Source: Patescibacteria group bacterium
GTDB taxonomy: Bacteria; Patescibacteriota; Patescibacteriia; XYB2-FULL-38-15
DNA length: 64,000 nucleotides
Direction: 5' to 3'
NCBI GenBank assembly: GCA_041650995.1
Contig: JBAZJZ010000002.1
Location: 77,344 to 141,343, forward strand
A program made the position numbers and the translations under genes. Positions 7,928-16,511 of this stretch are shown piece after piece. The notes beneath the pieces were generated by a model. The model saw nothing but the letters and a program-made list of their open reading frames with translations. It was not told the origin of the DNA and searched no databases. How positions within the stretch are numbered: the stretch's first letter is position 1; every line of letters starts with the position of its first letter.

Positions 7928-8227
7928 ATGATGGTTAAATCGTTAACACAAGGGGGATCGTTGATAAAACCTCCAAGATCAGAAAAAATAAAATCAGGAT
8001 TAGTTATCTTAAAGAAAGGTGAAGAGGTCGGTGAACACATAACAGATAATCGCGAAGAGGTAATTATTATTCTTCAGGGCGAAGCATTAGTAATTTTAGA
8101 AAATCAAAAACGGATGGTTAAAGAAAATAATCTTATTTTTATTCCTAAAGATAAGAAACACAATCTAAAAAATAAATCTAATAAAATCTTAAAATATATT
8201 TACGTTGTTTCTTTGCTAAATAAATAA
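7928..8227 (+). CDS. small cupin-domain protein
   Basis: GEEVGEHITDNREEVIIILQGEALV is a cupin_2-like beta-barrel motif. Confidence 0.75.
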   Translation: MMVKSLTQGGSLIKPPRSEKIKSGLVILKKGEEVGEHITDNREEVIIILQGEALVILENQKRMVKENNLIFIPKDKKHNLKNKSNKILKYIYVVSLLNK

Positions 8228-8232
8228 AAAAT

Positions 8233-8511
8233 ATGTCCAGACCAAGGCTTTGCCGAAAAATTTCATTCAACCCACGGGTTGACTACTTCAAACCTCGAGG
8301 CGTGCCGATGAAGGAACTTGAAATTGTGGAATTGACTGCCGAAGAGATGGAGGCTTATCGGCTGAGACACATTAACGATATGGATCAACTGGAAGCCGCG
8401 AAAAAAATGCGCACTTCTCAGAGCACATATCAGCGGATATTATATTCGGCTTATAAAAAAATCGCCGATGCTTTAATAAATGGCAAGGCGATAAAAATTA
8501 TAAAAAGTTGA
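8233..8511 (+). CDS. DUF134/UPF0251 family predicted DNA-binding protein
   Basis: MSRPRLCRKISFNPRVDYFKPRGVP...LTAEEMEAYRLRHINDMDQLEAAKKM...ILYSAYKKIADALINGKAIKI matches the DUF134 consensus. Confidence 0.8.
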   Translation: MSRPRLCRKISFNPRVDYFKPRGVPMKELEIVELTAEEMEAYRLRHINDMDQLEAAKKMRTSQSTYQRILYSAYKKIADALINGKAIKIIKS

Positions 8512-8532
8512 TATTTTTTATAAATATTTATA

Positions 8533-8595
8533 AAAAAACACCTCGTCAAGATGACGAGATGTTTTTATGGGGTCACGTAGTGGAGGCTGTTGGAA
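8533..8595 (-). repeat. conserved terminator/3'UTR repeat, copy B; bidirectional terminator between DUF134 (+) and the permease (-)
   Basis: aaaaaacaccTCGTCAagaTGACGAGatgttttt plus atggggtcacgtagtggaggctgttggaa. Confidence 0.5.
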
Positions 8596-8634
8596 TTTTT
8601 TTGGGATTGGGCGAGAATGTCTATATCCCAGAAA

Positions 8635-9600
8635 TTACATTATCCAATTGAATAGAAAACCAGTGAAAATAATTCCTACAGTTAAAATAATTATATAAAT
8701 AGCCAAAAGTTTTGGTTTTAAAACTTTTTTCAGAATAATCATTTCTGGCAATGAGAGCGCCGTCACGGACATCATAAAAGCCAGGGCGGTTCCGAGCGGC
8801 AGACCTTTTTCAATTAATGATCTGACAATCGGGATAACTCCGGCGGCATTGGAATAAAGCGGCACGCCGATTAAAACAGCTAAAGGCACGGCGAACAAGT
8901 TTCCCTTCCCGACAATACGGCTCAAAAGATTTTCCGGGGCGTAGCCGTGGATAAACGCCCCAAGGCCTACGCCAATTAAAACGTAGGGATAAACGCCCTT
9001 AATTAAATTCATTGTGTAGGTGTATGATTCGGCTAATCTTTTTTTGAAATCCTTTTTATTTTTTTCGGCCGTATCGCCGACTTTGATTTTCCAGACATAA
9101 TCTTCAACTAAGTGATGCAAATTCATTTTCCCCATCACAAAGCCAGTCAAAACGGCTATTGTGACCCCGGAAATAATATAAATGGCGGCTATTTTCCAGC
9201 CGAACATTCCTAAAAGTAAAACGGCCGCCACTTCGTTCACCATTGGTGCGGAAACAAGATAGGAAAATGTCACGCCGAGCGGCACTCCGCTTTCCACAAA
9301 GCCAATGAAGAGGGGAACGGCCGAGCAAGAACAGAAGGGCGTGACGATGCCGATCAAGGCTGCCAGGATATTTCCTAAAAATTCAAACTTATTGGTGAGA
9401 ATTTTTTTTATTTTTTCCGGCGGCAAGTAGGAACGGATGAAAGAAACAAAAAAGATAATAAAAAACAGTAAGAGACCTATTTTGATACTATCGTAAATAA
9501 AATAACTGACCGCTCCGCCCAAAATAGTGTCTGGTTGCAATCGAAAAACAGAGTAGCTTAACCAGTCAGCCAATTTTTGGACTGGACTGAAAATATCCAT
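8635..9600 (-). CDS. DUF318/ArsP-family permease
   Basis: Polytopic membrane protein carrying the hallmark VTPFCSCSAVPLF motif. Confidence 0.8.
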   Translation of the reverse strand: MDIFSPVQKLADWLSYSVFRLQPDTILGGAVSYFIYDSIKIGLLLFFIIFFVSFIRSYLPPEKIKKILTNKFEFLGNILAALIGIVTPFCSCSAVPLFIGFVESGVPLGVTFSYLVSAPMVNEVAAVLLLGMFGWKIAAIYIISGVTIAVLTGFVMGKMNLHHLVEDYVWKIKVGDTAEKNKKDFKKRLAESYTYTMNLIKGVYPYVLIGVGLGAFIHGYAPENLLSRIVGKGNLFAVPLAVLIGVPLYSNAAGVIPIVRSLIEKGLPLGTALAFMMSVTALSLPEMIILKKVLKPKLLAIYIIILTVGIIFTGFLFNWIM

Positions 9601-9606
9601 AGAAGA

Positions 9607-9846
9607 TTAGATTTTTTCTTTAATAATTTTTTTGAGTTCATCTAGACTCGGCACGCGACCGGAAAGAACAGGTTTGCCATCAATGGCTACAGCCGGGCTT
9701 TGCATTATGCCCATCTCGAGCATTTTTTGGATGTCGGTTGTGTATTTTACATCGCCCTTGAAGCCGACTTCGGCTGCGGCTTGTTTGGTCAGATCATATA
9801 ATTTTTTACAGGTCGGGCAACCCGAGCCCAAAACTTGAATAGTCAT
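9607..9846 (-). CDS. thioredoxin-fold redox-active disulfide protein (small Trx-like, CPTC motif)
   Basis: MTIQVLGSGCPTCKKLYDL... at 79 aa. This protein is a typical partner of DUF318 permeases. Confidence 0.8.
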   Translation of the reverse strand: MTIQVLGSGCPTCKKLYDLTKQAAAEVGFKGDVKYTTDIQKMLEMGIMQSPAVAIDGKPVLSGRVPSLDELKKIIKEKI

Positions 9847-9944
9847 ATTGTTAAAATTATTTTTTTAAGCATTAATTAATATTGTATCACTTTTAATTTT
9901 TTAGTTAAACCAAAACACCTCCGGTTGAGGAGATGCTTTAGCAG

Positions 9945-10016
9945 GGTGGCTACTGGGAGTTGAACCCAGGCTAGCGGGACCACAACCCGCTGTTCTACCG
10001 TTAAACTATAGCCACC
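9945..10016 (-). tRNA. tRNA-His (anticodon GTG) with the extra 5' G(-1)
   Basis: Reverse complement is GGTGGCTATAGTTTAACGGTAGAACAGCGGGTTGTGGTCCCGCTAGCCTGGGTTCAACTCCCAGTAGCCACC. Anticodon stem GCGGG/CCCGC with loop TTGTGGT. Followed on the minus strand by the terminator ctcctcaaccggagg plus tgtttt. Confidence 0.85.
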
Positions 10017-10020
10017 AAAT

Positions 10021-10093
10021 TGCGCCCGCTAGGAATCGAACCTAGATATCCAGCTTAGAAGGCTGGTGTTCTATCCATTGAACTACGGGCGCG
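10021..10093 (-). tRNA. tRNA-Arg (anticodon TCT)
   Basis: Reverse complement is GCGCCCGTAGTTCAATGGATAGAACACCAGCCTTCTAAGCTGGATATCTAGGTTCGATTCCTAGCGGGCGCA. Loop CTTCTAA. Confidence 0.85.
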
Positions 10094-10103
10094 TAATAAG
10101 TCA

Positions 10104-10137
10104 AAAGTTTAAAGTGAAAAGTTAAAAGTTTTTGAGT
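10104..10137. repeat. tandem heptamer (A)AAAGTK x4; the same microsatellite sits in-frame inside tsaD at 28365-28400
   Basis: caaaagtt taaagtg aaaagtt aaaagtt. It shares the 19-mer aaagtgaaaagttaaaagt with 28378-28396. Confidence 0.4.
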
Positions 10138-10194
10138 AAATTATTTTTTAATATAACAAACAATTTTCAGATTGTCAATTGTCGGCCGTATGTC

Positions 10195-10257
10195 ATGGCC
10201 TGAGCCTGTCGAAGGCCCTTCAACTTCGCTACGCTTCGCTCAGGGAATGAAATTGAT
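10195..10257. repeat. GCCTGAGCYTGTCGAAGGC...CTTCGCTCRGGGAAT element, copy 1; overlaps the 3' end of xerC/D
   Basis: gcctgagcctgtcgaaggcccttcaacttcgctacgcttcgctcagggaatgaaatt is related to 21255-21345. Confidence 0.4.
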
Positions 10258-11175
10258 TTATTTACCGCGGCGGCGGCCATGGAAACTTTTATGTACGTCA
10301 CGGAGCTGCTGATTGGTGATATGGGTGTAAATCTGGGTGGTAGTAATTGAAGAATGGCCGAGCATGGCCTGGACCGAGCGAATATCGGCGCCATTCATTA
10401 GCAAATCTGTAGCATAAGAATGGCGCATGGTGTGCGGCGTAACTTTTTTGGTGATGCCCGCAATTTTAGAATATTTTTTTACAAGCCGTTCCACACTCCG
10501 GGGAGTGAGCGCGCCTTCGCTTTCATGCGCCCGGTCGTGCGAAACAAATAAAAATGGAGAAACGTCCTGGCGCGCGTCTAGATATTGTTTGACCCAGAAT
10601 TTTGCTTGGTTAGATATAAAGACCACGCGCGGTTTATCGCCTTTACCACGGACAGTAAATTCTTCTTTTTTTAAATTAACTTGTTCTTTTTTTAAATTTG
10701 CCAATTCGGAAACGCGAAGTCCGGTAGAGAAAAGCATTTCCAAAATTGCCTTGTCTCTTTTTTTAATAATTTCCGGTGCCTCACCGAGCGTCGGCGCTTC
10801 AAGAATTCGTTCCAAATCACTTCCTTCCAAAAAATCCACCACCCGTTCGGGCATTTTTCCTAATTCAATTTTTTCCGCGGATAGTGTTTTGATGTCGCGC
10901 TTGGCCAGGTATTTTAGAAAGGCGCGAAGGGCGATCAGATGATAGTTTTGAGTATTTTTTTTCAGAGTGCGGCCGTGCTCGTCGGCAAAACGATTAAGCC
11001 AAAGGCGATATTGGCGGATTTTTTCTTGAGTGATGCCAGCCGGGGAAGCGTTACCAATCCATTCATTAAATCTTTTTAAATAAAAATCATAATTCCGTAC
11101 AGTTTTGTTTGAACGGTTTTTCTCTATTTCCAGATATTCTAGAAATTGGGTGATTAGAGTGTCGAGGTTGGCCAT
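10258..11175 (-). CDS. tyrosine recombinase XerC/XerD family
   Basis: Full-length integrase fold with RHRY catalytic residues (HTMRHSYATDLL...LGHSSITTTQIYTH). Confidence 0.9.
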   Translation of the reverse strand: MANLDTLITQFLEYLEIEKNRSNKTVRNYDFYLKRFNEWIGNASPAGITQEKIRQYRLWLNRFADEHGRTLKKNTQNYHLIALRAFLKYLAKRDIKTLSAEKIELGKMPERVVDFLEGSDLERILEAPTLGEAPEIIKKRDKAILEMLFSTGLRVSELANLKKEQVNLKKEEFTVRGKGDKPRVVFISNQAKFWVKQYLDARQDVSPFLFVSHDRAHESEGALTPRSVERLVKKYSKIAGITKKVTPHTMRHSYATDLLMNGADIRSVQAMLGHSSITTTQIYTHITNQQLRDVHKSFHGRRRGK

Positions 11176-11216
11176 AAGGAGTTTTTAGTGTCGTACAATT
11201 TTATTATAGCGCAGCC

Positions 11217-11245
11217 TTGCCAAATTAAAAAGGCTGTGGTAATAT
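11217..11245 (+). promoter_or_regulatory. rpsO promoter with TTGCCA, a 17-nt spacer, then TAATAT, plus a structured leader (11250-11303)
   Basis: ttgccaaattaaaaaggctgtggtaatat. The leader acgg...gggtggactcggcaaccc...ccgt embeds the RBS agggaggg. Confidence 0.45.
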
Positions 11246-11303
11246 GATTAAGTAAATTATTAATGACGGTTCGCTGGGCCAGGGAGGGTGGACTCGGCAA
11301 CCC

Positions 11304-11573
11304 GTGACAAAAATGTTAGACAAAAAAGCAAAAGACAAAATTATTGAGAAATTTCGGATTCACGAAACTGACACTGGTTCGCCGCAAGTGCAGGTCGCCA
11401 TTTTGACATCAGAGATCAAAGAATTGGTGGAGCACTTGAAGGAACACAAAAAAGACTTCTCTTCTCGCCGCGGTTTGCTGAAAAAAGTCGGTGAACGGCG
11501 CAGACTATTAAAATATTTGGAAAGAGAGGATAAAAAGGGTCATGCCGAGTTAATGGAAAAATTAAAATTATAA
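11304..11573 (+). CDS. rpsO: 30S ribosomal protein S15
   Basis: 89 aa with the S15 signature ...[48 protein letters not shown]. Confidence 0.95.
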   Translation: MTKMLDKKAKDKIIEKFRIHETDTGSPQVQVAILTSEIKELVEHLKEHKKDFSSRRGLLKKVGERRRLLKYLEREDKKGHAELMEKLKL

Positions 11574-11580
11574 AATTTTA

Positions 11581-11608
11581 AAGCCCCTCCCTTGCGAGGG
11601 GTTTTTGG
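11581..11608 (+). terminator. rho-independent terminator after rpsO
   Basis: cccctcccttgcgagggg is followed by tttttgg. Confidence 0.6.
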
Positions 11609-11630
11609 CTTAAAAATAAGGAGGAAAATT

Positions 11631-12152
11631 ATGGTAACTTATAAAGAACAACGCGTCGGAGTTTTTATCGACGTGCAGAATATGTATTATTCGGCGAAAA
11701 ATCTTTACAACGCAAAAGTAAATTTTGGTAATATTTTGGAAACAGCGGTGGGCAACAGAAAGTTGATTCGCGCCATCGCTTATGTTGTTAAAACTAAAAC
11801 TGGCGAGGAAAAAGTTTTCTTTGAAGCGCTGGAAAAACTTGGGCTTGAAACTCGCGAAAAAGAATTGATGGTTTATGACGGCGCGAAAAAGGCCGACTGG
11901 GACGTGGGAATTTGTATCGATTCCATTGCTTTGGCTGAGAGGCTTGATGTGATTGTTTTGGTTTCTGGTGACGGAGATTTTATTCCGCTAGTGCAATATT
12001 TAAAGATGAATAAAGGATGCCGAGTGGAATCAATCGCTTTCCGGGAAACAACTTCCACAAAACTCATAGAAACGGTTGACAATTTTCACGATTTAAGTCA
12101 TGATAAAAGGCGCTACTTAATTAGTGGTCGGACAAAAAGAACAGTATTATAA
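11631..12152 (+). CDS. NYN/LabA-like domain protein (predicted RNase/RNA-binding)
   Basis: AAGGAGG RBS 7 nt upstream. MVTYKEQRVGVFIDVQNMYYSAKN...VIVLVSGDGDFIPLV matches the NYN fold. Confidence 0.8.
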   Translation: MVTYKEQRVGVFIDVQNMYYSAKNLYNAKVNFGNILETAVGNRKLIRAIAYVVKTKTGEEKVFFEALEKLGLETREKELMVYDGAKKADWDVGICIDSIALAERLDVIVLVSGDGDFIPLVQYLKMNKGCRVESIAFRETTSTKLIETVDNFHDLSHDKRRYLISGRTKRTVL

Positions 12153-12258
12153 GATATAAGTAATAAATAACAATTTAAAATTAATTTTTTGATCGCCAGA
12201 CAAGTAGGCTTCTTCTGGGTTAACCAGAAGTCTAAAGTTTGGCGGTCAGACAAAAAGT

Positions 12259-14436
12259 ATGGTGAAAAAATTTGAGTTAGAATGGGGAGGGAAAAATTTA
12301 ATCATTGAAACCGGAAAATTCGCCGGACAAGCCAACGGTTCTTGTACGGTGCGTTATGGTGATACATTAGTTTTAGCTACAGCCGTAATTTCGGAAACCC
12401 AAAGGGAAGGAATAAGTTTTTTTCCTTTGATGGTAGAATATGAAGAAAAACTTTACGCGGCCGGAAAAATAAAAGGGTCTCGTTTTATAAAACGCGAAGG
12501 CCGACCGACCGATGAAGCTATTTTAACAGCGCGGCTGATTGATCGTGCGATCAGGCCGTTTTTTGATGACCGAATGAGAAATGATATTCAAGTTGTGGCT
12601 TCAACTTTGTCTTGGGACCAGGAAAATGATCCGGATATTCCGGCGTTAGTCGGCGCTTCGGTTGCTCTTTCTATTTCGGATATCCCGTGGAACGGACCGA
12701 TCGCCGCCGTTCGTGTCGGCCAGGTTAACGGCGAATGGGTTTTAAACCCGACCTATGAAGCGCGAAGCAAAAGCACGATGGATATTGTGGTGGCGGGCAC
12801 AGAGGAAAAAGTTTGTATGCTTGAGGCTGGAGCTGATGAGGTTTTGGAAGCTGATGTTTTGGAAGGAATAAAATTTGGGCAGAAACATTTGAAAAAAATT
12901 ATTGAATTAATTGAAAATATCCGCGAGGAAATTGGCAAGACAAAAATGTCTATTGTTGAGGAAGATCCGGAAGCGGCTTCGGAAAAAGAAGGATTGAAGA
13001 ATAAGGTTAAAGAATTTTTGAAGGAGAAATTAGAGATTTGTCTTTTTAATAGTAAAAAGGAGAGTAAGTCTTCACGACAGGAAGTTCTGGATAAGCTGGA
13101 AAAAGATCTTGAAGAATTCTTGAAAGCAGAGGGGATTGGTAAGGACCGCCGGAAAGACGCGATGGGATTTTTCTATGGAATTGTAGAAGAAGAAATTAGC
13201 CGGGTGATTTTGGATAAGGAAACAAGAGTTGATTGCCGGTCATTGCTTGATATCCGGCCGCTCGGAGCGGAAGTAGCGCTTTTACCGCGCACGCATGGCT
13301 CAGGATATTTTACGCGCGGTGATACGCATGTTTTATCCGCGGTAACTTTGGGTTCGCCGGCTGAAGAGCAGACCTTGGACGGCATGGAAGTTTCCGGTAA
13401 AAAAAGATTTATGCATCATTATAATTTTCCGCCATTTTCAGTTGGTGAGGCTTCGCCAATGCGTGGACCGGGCCGGAGGGAAATTGGTCATGGTGCTCTC
13501 GCAGAACGCGCTCTTCTTCCGGTTTTGCCGAAGACCGAAGTTTTTCCATATACTATTCGCGTTGTTTCTGAAGTTTTGAGTTCAAACGGTTCTTCATCAA
13601 TGGCTTCAACTTGCGCTTCAACATTGGCCTTGATGGATGCGGGCGTCCCGATTAAATCTCCTGTGGCGGGCATTGCTATGGGCTTGGCTTCCGACGAAAA
13701 AGGAAATTATAAAGTTTTGACAGATCTTCAAGATTTAGAAGATAGCAAAGGTGGCATGGACTTCAAAATCGCGGGAACAAGGACTGGGATTACGGCGATT
13801 CAGATGGATACGAAAACTTTGGGGTTAACAATGGAAATGGTAGAAAAAACTTTGACGCAAGGTCGCGAGGCGAGAATGGAAATTTTGGACGTGATGGAAG
13901 GCGCGATTGCCGCGCCGCGCACGGAACTTTCACCTTACGCCCCAAGAATTATTTCTTTCAAGATTAATCCAGATAGAATTCGCGATGTTATCGGCCCAGG
14001 CGGGAAGATTATTAATGAAATTATTGACGCGACTGGCGTGTCTATTGATATTGCGAACGACGGAACAGTGGTAATCTGTTCATCCCAACCGCCGTCCCTT
14101 GATAAAGCCGTCGCTTGGGTTAAGAGTTTAACCCAGGAAGCTGAGGTTGGGGAAATTTATCAAGGTCCGGTTACGCGCATTTTGGATTTCGGTGCTTTCG
14201 TGGAGATTTTTCCACATAAAGACGGGCTAGTCCATATTTCGGAACTTGCACCGTATCGCGTAGACAAGGTAACCGACATTGTAAAAATCGGCGACGTTGT
14301 TCGCGTTAAAGTTATAAAAGTTGATGAACAGGGTCGCGTTGATCTTTCCATTAAGAGGTTACAGGAAAATGGTGAAAGAGGCGGCGGGCCCGACAGAGAT
14401 GCTGGACGGCCGCGGAGTGATCGGCCGAGAAGATAA
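12259..14436 (+). CDS. pnp: polynucleotide phosphorylase (PNPase)
   Basis: Two RNase PH domains followed by KH and S1 domains. A leader hairpin cttctgg-gttaa-ccagaag sits at 12205-12225. Confidence 0.95.
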   Translation: MVKKFELEWGGKNLIIETGKFAGQANGSCTVRYGDTLVLATAVISETQREGISFFPLMVEYEEKLYAAGKIKGSRFIKREGRPTDEAILTARLIDRAIRPFFDDRMRNDIQVVASTLSWDQENDPDIPALVGASVALSISDIPWNGPIAAVRVGQVNGEWVLNPTYEARSKSTMDIVVAGTEEKVCMLEAGADEVLEADVLEGIKFGQKHLKKIIELIENIREEIGKTKMSIVEEDPEAASEKEGLKNKVKEFLKEKLEICLFNSKKESKSSRQEVLDKLEKDLEEFLKAEGIGKDRRKDAMGFFYGIVEEEISRVILDKETRVDCRSLLDIRPLGAEVALLPRTHGSGYFTRGDTHVLSAVTLGSPAEEQTLDGMEVSGKKRFMHHYNFPPFSVGEASPMRGPGRREIGHGALAERALLPVLPKTEVFPYTIRVVSEVLSSNGSSSMASTCASTLALMDAGVPIKSPVAGIAMGLASDEKGNYKVLTDLQDLEDSKGGMDFKIAGTRTGITAIQMDTKTLGLTMEMVEKTLTQGREARMEILDVMEGAIAAPRTELSPYAPRIISFKINPDRIRDVIGPGGKIINEIIDATGVSIDIANDGTVVICSSQPPSLDKAVAWVKSLTQEAEVGEIYQGPVTRILDFGAFVEIFPHKDGLVHISELAPYRVDKVTDIVKIGDVVRVKVIKVDEQGRVDLSIKRLQENGERGGGPDRDAGRPRSDRPRR

Positions 14437-14462
14437 TCTAATAGATAGTAGGAGATAATATA

Positions 14463-15569
14463 ATGTTTTTCGAATTCTTCAAAAATCTGAAAACAAAAAC
14501 CTTGCTCATTGTGGCAGGGTTTTTGATTATCGCGGGTTTTGTTGGTTTATCGTTTTGGCTTTATTTTAACTTTTTAAAAAGTGATGAGTCGTTTTTGGAG
14601 ATTGTACCAGCGGAGGCGGTCGCATATTGGCAGAGTGATTTTAACAGGGGAGAAGACGATGCTTGGCTTTGGGCAATTACGAGATCCATGCTTTCCGATG
14701 AAGCAGCGAGCCAGACGAAATTTTTAGAAGAATCGATCGGGCCAAAGGCGAGTAAGGTCGGTTTTGCAATTCTGCCCGACTTCGTGGATTTTATTTTCTT
14801 CGGCAAAATTAATGAATCAGATTTTAACGCGGTTAGAATTAAGCTGGAAGAGTTAAATTATCATTATATTTTTGAAAATGGCGGAAGAGTAATTATTTCC
14901 AATTCAAGATTTGGTCTTGAAGAAGCAATGTCAACCCTAAGCCAAGAAAAAAAATCTCTGGCTGACAACAAGATGAAATTGATTGCCTTAAACAGCGCGC
15001 GTCGGCATTCTGCGGCTCAGATTTATTTTGGGGGAAATTTTAAAGTTAATAATTTTAAGGTTTTGCCGTGGTCTTCCGACATTTGGGTAAGTAATAAATT
15101 GATAGTGACCCCTAAGCTTGGGACAGAGCCGCCACGAAATTTGGCAGATTTTAATTTTTTGGCCGTTTTGGATAATGAGTATTTGAAAAAAAATATGGAA
15201 GGGATTATAAAAGATGATTTGGCAGTACTTTTTCCGGAAATTAAGGAGAGGATTTTATCCGACGGTACAAAAGTTAAAGAATTATTGGCCAACCCCGATA
15301 TTTTTTCGTTCCAGAATAAGCAAATTGGCAGTTTTTCGGCACGTTATCTTTCTGTCCCTGATTTAAGTCAGGAATTTTTAGTGGGGGTGGAACGCCAGAA
15401 AATGATTTTTAGTAATTCAGACAAAATGATGGAAGATTTTTTGACCATTTTAGGTAGTCAGCCGGATTATTATGGTAAAAATTTAATAGAGTTGATTTCA
15501 GATTGGTTAAAATGGTTAACGGCGGATTTTGGAGGAGTAATTTTAGGGGTAAATGTGGATAACTTGTGA
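14463..15569 (+). CDS. hypothetical membrane-anchored protein
   Basis: Single N-terminal TM helix; no recognisable domain. Confidence 0.55.
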   Translation: MFFEFFKNLKTKTLLIVAGFLIIAGFVGLSFWLYFNFLKSDESFLEIVPAEAVAYWQSDFNRGEDDAWLWAITRSMLSDEAASQTKFLEESIGPKASKVGFAILPDFVDFIFFGKINESDFNAVRIKLEELNYHYIFENGGRVIISNSRFGLEEAMSTLSQEKKSLADNKMKLIALNSARRHSAAQIYFGGNFKVNNFKVLPWSSDIWVSNKLIVTPKLGTEPPRNLADFNFLAVLDNEYLKKNMEGIIKDDLAVLFPEIKERILSDGTKVKELLANPDIFSFQNKQIGSFSARYLSVPDLSQEFLVGVERQKMIFSNSDKMMEDFLTILGSQPDYYGKNLIELISDWLKWLTADFGGVILGVNVDNL

Positions 15570-15656
15570 ACAAGATGGTCAATCTTCTGGGGATAAGTAA
15601 AGGTTTGTTTTGAGAAGAAAAAGTGTTTTCCTTTTAAATAAGCCAAAGTTTGAGGA

Positions 15657-15686
15657 TTGACAAAAGTGATAATTTCGTGGTATAAT
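15657..15686 (+). promoter_or_regulatory. strong consensus promoter with TTGACA, an 18-nt spacer, then TATAAT
   Basis: ttgacaaaagtgataatttcgtggtataat. Confidence 0.6.
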
Positions 15687-15692
15687 ATTTAT

Positions 15693-16008
15693 AGAACATT
15701 GAAACCAGAGACATCTGGCTGAAAGTCGGCCACGTTTCTCTCTTCTCTACTCTTCGTCATAGGTTCTCAGCTGGCAGAGCCTGACTATAAAACAAAAACA
15801 AAAATTACTTTTTTGGTGAGTTCCCCTCCGGAATTTACCACAAGAATGGTAGAGGAGCTTCTCGCTTTGAAGTCAGCAAAAAGCGTTCCTTCCCCCAAGA
15901 CCGGAATCTCTTTTGCCGCCATCGGCGGATAAAGGGTGTGTCAAGGGGGCACAAGGGCGCAACGGCCAATTATTAATTATATTATTAAGGGCGCAGTTGC
16001 GCCCTTTT
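15693..16008 (+). ncRNA. candidate ~310-nt non-coding RNA running from promoter to terminator; family not recognised
   Basis: It ends in agggcgcagttgcgccct plus tttt. It contains ccaga-gaca-tctgg, a pyrimidine tract, a tRNA D-arm-like segment tcagctggcagagc, a ccggaat direct repeat and gccgcc-atc-ggcgg. The only ORF is a 28-codon frame with no RBS. Confidence 0.45.
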
Positions 16009-16116
16009 AAAGTTAAATTTGCTTGGAGAGGTAAACCTTGAAAAAAATATTATTTCATATATACTTAATCAAAAGGAGATATTATTTAAAAATCAGTATC
16101 AATAATCTCTAAATTT

Positions 16117-16500
16117 ATGGCAGTAAAAAACAACCTTGATAAAGATTTTTTAAAGAAAATTGAAGAGCAACTTTTGACGGAAAAAATTCGTCTGGAAAAG
16201 GAGCTATCTCAGTTTACCAAAAAAAATCCACACAATACATCCGACTATGATGCCAATTTTCCAACGATTGGCGACGCGGAAGATGAAAACGCCGCCGAAG
16301 TTGCCGTTTACAGCGATAACTTAACTTTGGAAAGAACACTGGAGTCGGCTTTGCGTGATGTAAATGGCGCCTTAAAGCGCATTGAAGATGGAACTTACGG
16401 AATTTGCCGTTATTGTGGCAAAGCAATAGATCCAAAACGTTTGGAAGCCCGTCCGGCATCTTCTGCCTGCATGGAATGTAAATCAAAATTTAGTAAATAA
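16117..16500 (+). CDS. DksA/TraR-family C4 zinc-finger protein
   Basis: C-terminal sequence RIEDGTYGICRYCGKAIDPKRLEARPASSACMECK. Confidence 0.8.
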   Translation: MAVKNNLDKDFLKKIEEQLLTEKIRLEKELSQFTKKNPHNTSDYDANFPTIGDAEDENAAEVAVYSDNLTLERTLESALRDVNGALKRIEDGTYGICRYCGKAIDPKRLEARPASSACMECKSKFSK

Positions 16501-16511
16501 GTTTTTTCAGA

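Noticed and set aside
10427-10942. 171-aa plus-strand ORF inside xerC/D
   Set aside because: Antisense to a full-length, clearly recognisable recombinase.
9945-11175. xerC/D next to tRNA-His/tRNA-Arg read as a genomic-island integrase
   Set aside because: The recombinase looks like a housekeeping XerC/D. The tRNA 3' ends point away from it. I found no direct repeat of a tRNA 3' end. I kept only a low-level note on the adjacent cassette.
15693-16008. Assigning ncRNA candidate 2 to tmRNA or RNase P RNA
   Set aside because: There is no tRNA-like acceptor/T-arm at the ends and no ...ALAA-type tag frame. The universally conserved RNase P motifs (GGAAAGUCCGGGCUCC, AGGGUGAAA) are absent.
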